The notes under the pieces were generated by a model. The model was not told the DNA's origin. It saw only the letters and a program-made list of their open reading frames with translations, and made no database searches. From a virus (taxonomy: Duplodnaviria > Heunggongvirae > Uroviricota > Caudoviricetes), in IMG/VR virus record IMGVR_UViG_3300026549_001031: a stretch of 64,000 bases of DNA, one strand, 5' to 3'. Shown in pieces: positions 50,115 through 58,701 of this stretch (within the stretch, counting starts at the first letter, position 1; each line of letters opens with the position of its first letter). Both the position numbers and the translations under genes were made by a program.

Positions 50115-51695
50115 ATGGACAAAACAAATATGTTTGATGATGCTCTTCTAGATGATATGGACTTAGCAGATGAATTTGAGGACATGGATTTAGAGGAGGA
50201 AAGTGAAGATGATGCAGGGACAAATGAGGAGGAGTTACTAGACGACTTTGATATTGAGGATGATGAGCCACTGGCAAAGGCACTTGAGAACAGTGATGAA
50301 AGTGATACAGTATCTGAAATTGAGGAAAATGCACAGGATTATTCAGATGGTACACCTGTAGAAGATGACTTACATGAAGAAGATGAGGAAGAGACACTTC
50401 ATGAGGAATCTAGTTTTATAAGTGACACAGGTAATATTGTGGTGCAGGACACTGATGATAATGGTAATGGCTTCTCATTGGTGTATATACCTATTGAGAA
50501 TATTGCCATTACACAGAGAATTAGAAAGATTGGCTCTGTAGAGGGTTTAGTTAAGTCAATTAAAAGTACTGGACTTCTGAAACCTATTGTTGTAGCACCT
50601 ACTTTGACAGATAACCTTTATGTATTATTGGATGGCTATCAGAGAATACAGGCTTGTGCACGAGCAGGAAAAACGGTCATGCCTTGTATTGTAAACAACA
50701 GAGTAAATACACCTGAAATACCTATTTTGGAGGCTATGTACAATCACTCAAAGAAGTACTCAATTAAAGAGCAGGTTGACTACATTGATTACTTGGAGAA
50801 TCAGAAGGGTATTATGAATCCTTCAATGATTGAGTATTTGTTACAGATGAATAGTGGTGATTACACTAAGTTAAAAGATATACTTGATGATAATGACGAC
50901 GACATTGTAACTAAAATGTTTGATGGCGTATATGATATTGCAACTGCATTCAAGAAATTGGAGCAGAGGCGTAAGAAAGAATCACAGGAAGAGAAAGAAA
51001 ATAAGAAGGCAGCTAAGGTTTATGAGAATGAAGAGACCTCTGGAGCAGCTCAAATTGAGGGTTCAGGCGAGGAGGCTGAAGGAGAGGCACTCAGTGAGGA
51101 ACAGATTAAGTCATTGGCAGTAAACCTTGACAACCTGGATGATGAGGTTGAGAATGAATCCTTAAATGACATGGTTGAAAAAGACAATAACATTGAAGGA
51201 TTTGAACCTCATAAGCAAAAAACAGGTGAACGTGAGTTTATTGATCCTGCTATTAAGAAATCAGCAATGGCACGTGATAATTTCACTTGTAGATGCTGCA
51301 ATAGGGGTGGTGAGCAGTATGTAGATATTCTTGATGCACACCATGTAGTTCCTGTATTTCTTGGTGGTGTAGACAGTTTGGATAATACAGTAATGCTTTG
51401 TGTAGCTTGTCATAGACTTGTACACTTGTATTCTACAGGAGATTTGAACATTGACCCTGCTTTGAGTAAAGACAACTATGGTGAATTGACAGAGGATCAA
51501 CAGAAAAGATATGAGAACAAAGAGATTTTTGAGGATGAAAAGAGAAGATTCAAGAAGATCATTGTTTTTGGAAGTAGAATTAGACATGGCATTGCTGATA
51601 AAGGAATGAACAGAGAGAAATATAAGAAAGAGCATCCTAATACAGGAATTGGTCGTAGAAAACCTGGAGCTAAGACACCTCAAGATTATGCATAA
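50115..51695 (+). CDS. ParB/Srx-like domain fused to HNH endonuclease, acidic N-terminus
   Basis: LVKSIKSTGLLKPIVV...LLDGYQRIQA; RDNFTCRCC...AHHVVP...GG...DNTVMLCVACHRLVH. Confidence 0.85.
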   Translation: MDKTNMFDDALLDDMDLADEFEDMDLEEESEDDAGTNEEELLDDFDIEDDEPLAKALENSDESDTVSEIEENAQDYSDGTPVEDDLHEEDEEETLHEESSFISDTGNIVVQDTDDNGNGFSLVYIPIENIAITQRIRKIGSVEGLVKSIKSTGLLKPIVVAPTLTDNLYVLLDGYQRIQACARAGKTVMPCIVNNRVNTPEIPILEAMYNHSKKYSIKEQVDYIDYLENQKGIMNPSMIEYLLQMNSGDYTKLKDILDDNDDDIVTKMFDGVYDIATAFKKLEQRRKKESQEEKENKKAAKVYENEETSGAAQIEGSGEEAEGEALSEEQIKSLAVNLDNLDDEVENESLNDMVEKDNNIEGFEPHKQKTGEREFIDPAIKKSAMARDNFTCRCCNRGGEQYVDILDAHHVVPVFLGGVDSLDNTVMLCVACHRLVHLYSTGDLNIDPALSKDNYGELTEDQQKRYENKEIFEDEKRRFKKIIVFGSRIRHGIADKGMNREKYKKEHPNTGIGRRKPGAKTPQDYA

Positions 51696-51722
51696 CATAG
51701 AGAAAATAGGAGGACATAGAAC

Positions 51723-51950
51723 ATGTTTAGGAAAAACAATGAAAACGAAGAAAATGAAGTAAGTGGCGGACAAGTATTTGGTTACATACTTATTGGTTTA
51801 GCAGTTGTAATTATAATTGCATTTGTTATCTTTGTAGGAATAAAGATGGCAACAGGTGGTGGTAAGAAAGATGCAAAGCCACAACAGGTTGCCAGCGTAG
51901 AGGTTTCAACATTGGCATTGGAAGATGAGGAAAAGCCTGTGGTTGAATAA
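51723..51950 (+). CDS. Small single-pass membrane protein
   Basis: One long hydrophobic helix; AGGAGG SD. Confidence 0.7.
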   Translation: MFRKNNENEENEVSGGQVFGYILIGLAVVIIIAFVIFVGIKMATGGGKKDAKPQQVASVEVSTLALEDEEKPVVE

Positions 51951-52004
51951 GGAACAGACATAACTAAGTAAGGAAGAGTAAAGAAAGAGCAGGAGCATAG
52001 ATAG

Positions 52005-52991
52005 ATGGGAGTATCATTTAGTGAGGCAGTAAAAAATGAATTAGTGTCAGAGGAAACACTAAAGGTAATACCTAAAAGATGTTTATGTGGCAGTGAGTTA
52101 GAGTTTTCAGACTCACTAAAGGAATTGAAATGTACAGATAAGAATTGTAAGCAGACAGTAATTGCTAGAGTTTGTACATTTTGTAAAAAATTGGGCATAC
52201 CTTTAAGTTATGAGGATGTAAGTTATATTGTAAATAACATTGGAATTGTAACACCTTATCAAATTATGATGCTTGATGAATTAAATAAAGAGAACAGTTC
52301 TTTATTGGGAATGGTCTACAACATTGATGAGGTGCTGCAAGTTATTGAAAATATAAAACAGAATGAATATCTTTTGAACTATGTAGTTGAATTATGTGGC
52401 ATTGAAGATATTGCTAATATAGCAGAGAAAATGTTTTATGGTTTTAAAAGTTTAGATGAGGCATACAACGAAATTGAGATTGGACAGGTAACATTTGTAA
52501 ATGAACGTTTAGGAATTAAGAAGCCTGACAGTAGTATTATTTCAGTAAGGATTTATAATGAATTGTTAGACAGTAAGGAAGAGCTTTTGTTTGGAGAGAC
52601 ACAGTTCAAAATAAAAGAGTATGACTCCCCTAGATTGAATATAGCATTTTGTGATAATACAATACCATTTATAAATAAATCTGAACTTATAGAGGAATGG
52701 AATTACAAGTATGGTTGCATATTTAATCAAGTGACAATCATTGGAGAGAATACAGATATACTTGTGAAAAATGTAGATGGAGCAAGTAGTAAGGTTAGGG
52801 CAGCTAGGACAATAAATGATGAGTACACAGCTGAATTGATGAATAATACTGGTATGGAGTTAAGAGACATAGGAAAATATGAAGAGGGCAAGCTAAAACC
52901 TATTGGTAGCAAGTTGTTTGTTGAGTCATTAGCAAACATAGAGAGTAGGTTGCAGTATATGATAGATAAGGGATACACAATAAAGAGTTGA
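52005..52991 (+). CDS. NAD+-dependent DNA ligase C-half-like protein (Zn finger, HhH-like, BRCT-like)
   Basis: PKRCLCGSEL...CTDKNC; CGIEDIANIAEKM; ENTDILV...ASSKVRAA resembles BRCT KKTDYLV...GSKLAKA. Confidence 0.6.
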   Translation: MGVSFSEAVKNELVSEETLKVIPKRCLCGSELEFSDSLKELKCTDKNCKQTVIARVCTFCKKLGIPLSYEDVSYIVNNIGIVTPYQIMMLDELNKENSSLLGMVYNIDEVLQVIENIKQNEYLLNYVVELCGIEDIANIAEKMFYGFKSLDEAYNEIEIGQVTFVNERLGIKKPDSSIISVRIYNELLDSKEELLFGETQFKIKEYDSPRLNIAFCDNTIPFINKSELIEEWNYKYGCIFNQVTIIGENTDILVKNVDGASSKVRAARTINDEYTAELMNNTGMELRDIGKYEEGKLKPIGSKLFVESLANIESRLQYMIDKGYTIKS

Positions 52992-53021
52992 GAGGGCAAG
53001 GAAAATTGGAGTGATTAGACA

Positions 53022-53468
53022 GTGTACAATTTAATTGGTAAGTGCTATAAAGATTTAGACATATATGAGTTTAAGGTTGAACATGAAGGAAACATAGAGT
53101 ATTTAAGTAGAGACAGGGTAATTGAATTGGCATCAGCAGGAGAAATTGAGGGTGTGCATACAGTTACTGATATAGATGGCAAGATAAAATTGTTAGTGGA
53201 CAAAGGGTTAAGTAGTTTAGACACTTGTGTTAATGAAGATAGACATAAAATGAAAATAATAGGCAGGATGGTAAATTCAGACGAGAGATGTATAGGCTAT
53301 GTGGTAGTTGGAGACAACAAGAAAGAATACAGACTTAGCATTGGTAAGGTTTGGGAAATGACCATTAATCATAATATAGATGGTGTGAAAGCAGTTATTA
53401 AAAATGATAGAAAGTATTTATTGAGTATTGACCCAGGGTTTTTAAGTAACCTGCCTAAAATAAAATAA
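53022..53468 (+). CDS. Protein made only of two copies of the ~70-aa module
   Basis: MYNLIGK...LSSLD and MKIIGRMV...RCIGYVV...FLSNLP; GTG start. Confidence 0.75.
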   Translation: MYNLIGKCYKDLDIYEFKVEHEGNIEYLSRDRVIELASAGEIEGVHTVTDIDGKIKLLVDKGLSSLDTCVNEDRHKMKIIGRMVNSDERCIGYVVVGDNKKEYRLSIGKVWEMTINHNIDGVKAVIKNDRKYLLSIDPGFLSNLPKIK

Positions 53469-53482
53469 GGTAAGACATCAAT

Positions 53483-53511
53483 TTGACAAATAACTAGTTG
53501 TGTGTTATAAT
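53483..53511 (+). promoter_or_regulatory. Consensus sigmaA promoter with extended -10
   Basis: TTGACA-17 bp-TATAAT with TG at the extended position. Confidence 0.85.
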
Positions 53512-53564
53512 ATAAGAGTAATAAGGAGATAGTTTGAACAATGATGTACACAGTTGAACGAAAG

Positions 53565-53618
53565 AATAGACCCAATAGACTAGTTAATCTTTAGGCTATT
53601 GGGTTTATTGCTTTATTT
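53565..53618 (+). terminator. Hairpin/terminator in the infC leader
   Basis: AATAGACCCAATAG / CTATTGGGTTTATT followed by GCTTTATTT. Confidence 0.55.
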
Positions 53619-53636
53619 GGAACATTGTGGTATAAT
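53608..53636 (+). promoter_or_regulatory. Second sigmaA-type promoter upstream of infC
   Basis: TTGCTT-17 bp-TATAAT with TG extended -10. Confidence 0.7.
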
Positions 53637-53679
53637 AAAGAAAAAATAAAAAATAAAAATAAAAAGGAGAGCAATTTAA

Positions 53680-54189
53680 TTGAAAACAAAAGACAGACCT
53701 GTAGAAATTAAGTCATCAGTAGTGAATGTAATCATGGAGGATGGAAAGATCAATCAGATGGTTACAAAAGAGGCACAGAAGTTAGCAGAAGAGCAGGGTT
53801 TAGATTTGATTCTGCTTAACAATTCAGGGGATGTGCCTGTAGTTAAAATTGGAGATTACAACAAATATATCTATGAGAAAAACAAGAAAGCAAAAGAGAG
53901 TAAAAAGAGACAGAAAGCAAGTTCTCAGACACTGAAAGAGATTCAGATCAGTGACTCAATTGCAGAGCATGACTTGGAAATCAAGGCTAAATCAGTGGAC
54001 AGGTTATTATCAGAAGGACATAAGGTTCAGCTGTCAATCAGGTACAAAGGAAGAGCGATCGCCTTTATTAAAGGTGGTATTGAAAAGCTTGAGCACTTGG
54101 AATCAAGAGTGACAGTGAATCATAAGATAGATAAAGCAGCTAAAATTAGTGGTAATCAGGTTACAATGATGATATCACCCACTAAGTAA
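53680..54189 (+). CDS. infC: Translation initiation factor IF-3 homologue
   Basis: EAQKLAEEQGLDLIL, PVVKIGDYNKYIYE, KEIQISDSIAEHDLEIK, GHKVQLSIRYKGR, M.ISP. Confidence 0.9.
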   Translation: MKTKDRPVEIKSSVVNVIMEDGKINQMVTKEAQKLAEEQGLDLILLNNSGDVPVVKIGDYNKYIYEKNKKAKESKKRQKASSQTLKEIQISDSIAEHDLEIKAKSVDRLLSEGHKVQLSIRYKGRAIAFIKGGIEKLEHLESRVTVNHKIDKAAKISGNQVTMMISPTK

Positions 54190-54213
54190 GCATGGACATG
54201 GAGGTGTTTAACT

Positions 54214-54858
54214 TTGACACAGAAACAAAAAGACATTTCACTTGTAGTTGGTGTGATAATTGCACTGATTATAATTGGATTGACAGGTAGGTACATAACT
54301 AATCATAGTGGAGGAACAACTGCAGACAATGTAGTTGAGAATACACAGTCTGGGAAAGATGATAGCATTACAATCAATGGAAGAGACAGTGATGCAAGTT
54401 CAGTAGATCCTAAGATTAAGGCTAAATTGGACACTGATAAAAATATGAGTGCTCAGGGAATTGAACAGCAGAGCATTTCGGAAGAGACAGAGGATGATGC
54501 AGATGTACAGACAGTTGAAAATGATGTGTACATAGTTAAACAGTCGGGTGATGCATTAGCAAGTTTAGTTGGTACTTGGGCAACTAACAATGGAGACATT
54601 GTTAAAATTGTTGAGAGTAATGGAACTTGGAGCTACACAGCATACAAAATTGATAGCAACAAGACTTATAGCAATAAGTTGGTTTGTACTAGCAAAAAAT
54701 TAAAGTTTAAGACAAACAAGAATAATAAGAAGTACAAGGAATATAGAATTGTAACATTACCTAGATCAGTTGAGAACAAGGTAACTGGGAAGAAATCAAC
54801 AGTGTTTACGATTGAGAGTACTAAAGGAAAAGCAATAATGCTTACTAAAGGTGAATAG
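54214..54858 (+). CDS. Membrane-anchored extracellular protein
   Basis: N-terminal TM, polar linker, beta-rich C-terminal domain (LVGTWA); TTG start after GGAGG. Confidence 0.75.
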   Translation: MTQKQKDISLVVGVIIALIIIGLTGRYITNHSGGTTADNVVENTQSGKDDSITINGRDSDASSVDPKIKAKLDTDKNMSAQGIEQQSISEETEDDADVQTVENDVYIVKQSGDALASLVGTWATNNGDIVKIVESNGTWSYTAYKIDSNKTYSNKLVCTSKKLKFKTNKNNKKYKEYRIVTLPRSVENKVTGKKSTVFTIESTKGKAIMLTKGE

Positions 54859-54867
54859 GTACTTTTG

Positions 54868-54909
54868 TATAAGGTGATCAAGCAGTGAGTTTGATTACCT
54901 TATATTTTT
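54868..54909 (+). terminator. Rho-independent terminator
   Basis: TATAAGGTGATCAA / TTGATTACCTTATA then TTTTT. Confidence 0.7.
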
Positions 54910-55045
54910 GATCTTTTTGAGATCAGATAGTTTAAGCATTGGGTGGTGCATAATTAAAATTAAGTATTTTGGTATGTCTCAAAGATGAGCACTTACATGA
55001 TATAATAATGAAATTATTATTTTATTTGATTGGAGGATTTTGATT

Positions 55046-55942
55046 ATGCAGTTGGTACTCATAGCAATCATTAAAGGTGGTAGGCAGTATAAACAAATTA
55101 GTGGGTTTAGAATAATTGACAGTGATACACGAGAAGTACAGGATATTGCATATAATAATGTAATTAGTACATTAAGAAATGGAAATGCAACAGTTGATGG
55201 AATTGATGTATCAGGGTCTGAACCTAAGGGCAGCAATGGTAGTTTTGATAGATATGCACAGATTGCTGATGGAGTACCTGTTGGTAAATGCCCTGCAGTG
55301 ATATTAAAAGAGTATGCAAATAAGGTTTATGATGTGTCAGACCCTTTTGGTAGAGTGGTTCAGATGACAGAGCAATCAATAATTGATTATGCATCTGTAG
55401 AGGGTTTAGCCAACGGTAAGGTAGTAAATGAGCATATTAGCAGTATAAATGGATCATATAATGCTGATAAGTCATTACTTAGGGCAAAATCAGGAGACAA
55501 GCTGAAACAGAAAATGCGTATACTTGGAGAGACTAATACAGTACTGAATGATGATAATTACTTAGAAAGTATAAAGTCAGACGAAGAAGCAGTATCAGTT
55601 GGCGTAGGTTGTTTAGGTATATGCAGTGAGGCGTTTAGGGAGTGTCCTAATGTAAAAGAGATACACTTACCTTCAACTTGTGTAAACTTTGATGAAAAAG
55701 CCTTTGCAGGTTTGAAATACTTGGAGAAGATAAATATACCTGATGGTACAGTGGAGATTTCTAGAATGTGTTTTTTGAATTGTAGGGCACTTAAGGAAAT
55801 TGAGTTACCTAACTCTATAAGGAAAGTTGGAGACAGTGCTTTTAGAGGAACAGCACTCAAGAAAGTAAGTGTAGGACCTGTAAGGTTTAGTCAGGGTAGG
55901 ACTTGCTTCCCTGCATCAGCTAGGTTACAAATAAGACATTAG
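55046..55942 (+). CDS. Shared N-terminal domain fused to BspA-type leucine-rich repeats (LRR_5)
   Basis: AFRECPNVKEIHLP, LEKINIPDGT, CRALKEIELPNSIRKVGDSAF; ATG 55046 after GGAGG; no signal peptide. Confidence 0.8.
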   Translation: MQLVLIAIIKGGRQYKQISGFRIIDSDTREVQDIAYNNVISTLRNGNATVDGIDVSGSEPKGSNGSFDRYAQIADGVPVGKCPAVILKEYANKVYDVSDPFGRVVQMTEQSIIDYASVEGLANGKVVNEHISSINGSYNADKSLLRAKSGDKLKQKMRILGETNTVLNDDNYLESIKSDEEAVSVGVGCLGICSEAFRECPNVKEIHLPSTCVNFDEKAFAGLKYLEKINIPDGTVEISRMCFLNCRALKEIELPNSIRKVGDSAFRGTALKKVSVGPVRFSQGRTCFPASARLQIRH

Positions 55943-55959
55943 GAGGAGGAAAGATAGAC

Positions 55960-58671
55960 ATGAAGATTTTTATTATTGCACAGATAGTAAATGGAAATGA
56001 CATAGTAGGTTATAGGATGTTGGACGTAGATGATAAGAATAAGGTACTTGATATTCCTTTGAATAACCTAGTGCAAACACTTGGATCTCCTCAGGGAGAG
56101 GGACTTATTAAAAATGCTAAACTTGTGAATGGAAAAGTGACAGGCACTAATGGTAGTTTATCACGTTATGCAAAAGTGGATGCAAACACTGGTAGATTAG
56201 TTGATGCAAGTCCTTTAGTTGTAATCAACAAGATTGAAGATGTAGGATACACAGTGGCTGACTTCAATGGCAGGGTAGTAAAAATGAAAAACTCTGATGT
56301 AGTTGACTATGCAAAGAAAAATGGCATTGCTAATGGTAAGGTAGTCATTCAGGATGGAGTGGAGTTTATAAGTAGTATTTCAGATACATATGAGGTAAAA
56401 AAGATTAGTCCTAGCAAAGTTGGTAAGACAAGGACAATGGGGATGCCTATACATATAAGTAATAATAACAGCAGTATTGCTAAACACACCAGAGAAGATG
56501 TAGACACGGAGATTCAATACACAGACGTATTTGCAGCGATGACTGCAGAGCAGAGAAACACACTTAAGCAGTACTATTCATGGTATACAGTAGATGAATT
56601 TGAGAAGCTTGCACATAGTGTTAGACTTTCATTAGCACCTGGTAAGGCAGAGAAATTGGCTGCACTACGTGGAGTTGATGATTGGGTGTTTGCAGGAATA
56701 AATGATAGTTACCTTGAAAAGAGGTTTGATGCAAAGTGTGAATTAGGTCATAACTTAAGATATGAGTATTTTGCAATACCTGATGATAGTGCAACAGATA
56801 AGGATAGACAAAGACATAGGGGTGAAAATTGGAAAGAAAGACTTAGTTCTTTTGATGCATTAAGAGAAAATGGTGCAATAGTGTTTGGTGAGAAATGCTC
56901 TGCTGATTTCTTCAATATCTCTACAGATGATATGAAAAAGCTTGTTAAAACACGTAAGAACATGACAGAAGAGATTGAACTTACATCTAATGTGATAACT
57001 AATCATTTGGAAAAAGAATACATGGAAAAATGTAAGTTATTATATAGCATTATTCAGGAACTTGGGTCAGCTAGTGAAGTGGTAAGAATCTTTGGAGATA
57101 AGGTGGGATATACACTTCTAATGTTTATTAAGACAAATATACCTTTTGTAAAGAGTCTTGTGCTTTTAGCAGGGGAGAAGGCAAGAGAGAACAAGAAAGA
57201 ATTATTCAAAGCATTGTATAAAAAGAATGCAGACCTGATTGATATAATATACAGTGGCGGTTTATCTAATGGGGCACGTCAGGAGAGTGCAGTGCTTGAT
57301 CATATTGTAACATATTCTATTGAGGGTAAATATCAGTATGATCCTTTACACGACGAGGAAAGAACAAGAAGAGACATAGGTAAATATAATGAAGAGACAC
57401 GTAATGAAAGGAGAACAGAGAATGCATTCTTCTTTAGTAGATCATTGATTAGGGATGATGAGTCATTAGAGGAAATTCAGGGATACTTAGCAACATTGGA
57501 TATGATGTACACTATATTTGGTGCAAGTGATCATTATATTAGAAGTAGGGCAGAGGATGTTGAATGTAAGTATCCTGCTAGTAATACTAGCAGAAGAGGA
57601 AGTAGGTACTTACCTTTGCAATATTTCTTAAATGATATGTATACATGGGTAATCTATAATACAGACAGGACAGATGTGAATAGTCTTACAGATTATTCAG
57701 CAGTCATTAGTAGTTTATCTGTTACAAATAGGTATTCACGCAGACCTGACTATAAAAACTTAATACCTGAAAGTAGAATGGGTAGAGACTATAATACTGT
57801 ATTGGAACTTAAGGAAGTAGTTGAGACAGCACTAGGTAATAGCAGTGACATTAACACACTTGTAGTAAATACAGTAGGAAAATATATAGATGCAATTTCA
57901 GCAGATGAAAGGGCAAAGAGAGAAGAAAGACTTAACAAGATAAGTTATTGTGTAGCACTGCTAAATGATGATACAGGCAATAGAGTATTATTTGAGGCAG
58001 ACAAGGATACAAAGTTAGCATTGCAGAATAATCAGAGTCATATGGTGAATACAATTGGACATGAAGAAATGAATGTGCAAGACTTTAAGAGTGTAGAATT
58101 CATCAGTACTTTTGAATATAATGCATATAAAATAAGAATGTCTGGTTTAATGAATGAGCCTGTTGTAAAAGAGAGTAGGACAACAGCTAAACGGGCTGAT
58201 GCATATTTAAGTGAGAATGGTACAGATGGGGATAAAGCAGATGCAGGTACTAAAGATAAGGTTCAGCTTGTAAAAGAGTTATTAGATCAATACAAAGGAG
58301 ATATGGACTATGGTTTAATGACTGCACAGAACATTGCAAGTAGAGGAATTGCATATGATAAATTATCTGACAAGCAGAGATGGAGAATAGATAAAACATA
58401 TGAAATATTAACTGATACAAGTTCGAATGGGCAGAGTACACAGGTAAATGAAGAGAGTAGCAATAAGAATTTGTTGAAAGATCATCATGATGTTTCAGAG
58501 AAGATTGAAAAATTGTTAGAGATCAGGGTTAATGGAGATATGGATGCACTGGCTAAAATCAATACAGCATCAAGAATTGTTTATAATATCATTCAAACTG
58601 TTGAAAGAACAGGTGAATATTCAGATAAACAGTTGAAACATATTGAAAAAGCATATGAGGTAATTAAATAA
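55960..58671 (+). CDS. 903-aa protein: shared N-terminal domain + putative Zn-binding motif + helical region
   Basis: N-terminus aligns with 55046 and 58702; CELGHNLRY...FGEKC. Confidence 0.8.
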   Translation: MKIFIIAQIVNGNDIVGYRMLDVDDKNKVLDIPLNNLVQTLGSPQGEGLIKNAKLVNGKVTGTNGSLSRYAKVDANTGRLVDASPLVVINKIEDVGYTVADFNGRVVKMKNSDVVDYAKKNGIANGKVVIQDGVEFISSISDTYEVKKISPSKVGKTRTMGMPIHISNNNSSIAKHTREDVDTEIQYTDVFAAMTAEQRNTLKQYYSWYTVDEFEKLAHSVRLSLAPGKAEKLAALRGVDDWVFAGINDSYLEKRFDAKCELGHNLRYEYFAIPDDSATDKDRQRHRGENWKERLSSFDALRENGAIVFGEKCSADFFNISTDDMKKLVKTRKNMTEEIELTSNVITNHLEKEYMEKCKLLYSIIQELGSASEVVRIFGDKVGYTLLMFIKTNIPFVKSLVLLAGEKARENKKELFKALYKKNADLIDIIYSGGLSNGARQESAVLDHIVTYSIEGKYQYDPLHDEERTRRDIGKYNEETRNERRTENAFFFSRSLIRDDESLEEIQGYLATLDMMYTIFGASDHYIRSRAEDVECKYPASNTSRRGSRYLPLQYFLNDMYTWVIYNTDRTDVNSLTDYSAVISSLSVTNRYSRRPDYKNLIPESRMGRDYNTVLELKEVVETALGNSSDINTLVVNTVGKYIDAISADERAKREERLNKISYCVALLNDDTGNRVLFEADKDTKLALQNNQSHMVNTIGHEEMNVQDFKSVEFISTFEYNAYKIRMSGLMNEPVVKESRTTAKRADAYLSENGTDGDKADAGTKDKVQLVKELLDQYKGDMDYGLMTAQNIASRGIAYDKLSDKQRWRIDKTYEILTDTSSNGQSTQVNEESSNKNLLKDHHDVSEKIEKLLEIRVNGDMDALAKINTASRIVYNIIQTVERTGEYSDKQLKHIEKAYEVIK

Positions 58672-58701
58672 CATATATAAAGGAAAGGAGGTGCATCTAA
58701 A

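Noticed and set aside
53512-53679. L20 ribosomal-protein leader upstream of infC
   Set aside because: No rplT downstream and no recognisable L20-leader sequence
1004-55962. Frequent GAC/GACA just before start codons (e.g. 1423, 27489, 28364, 40948, 42097, 46203, 53022, 55960)
   Set aside because: GACA/ACAG is abundant throughout this sequence; enrichment cannot be shown without counting
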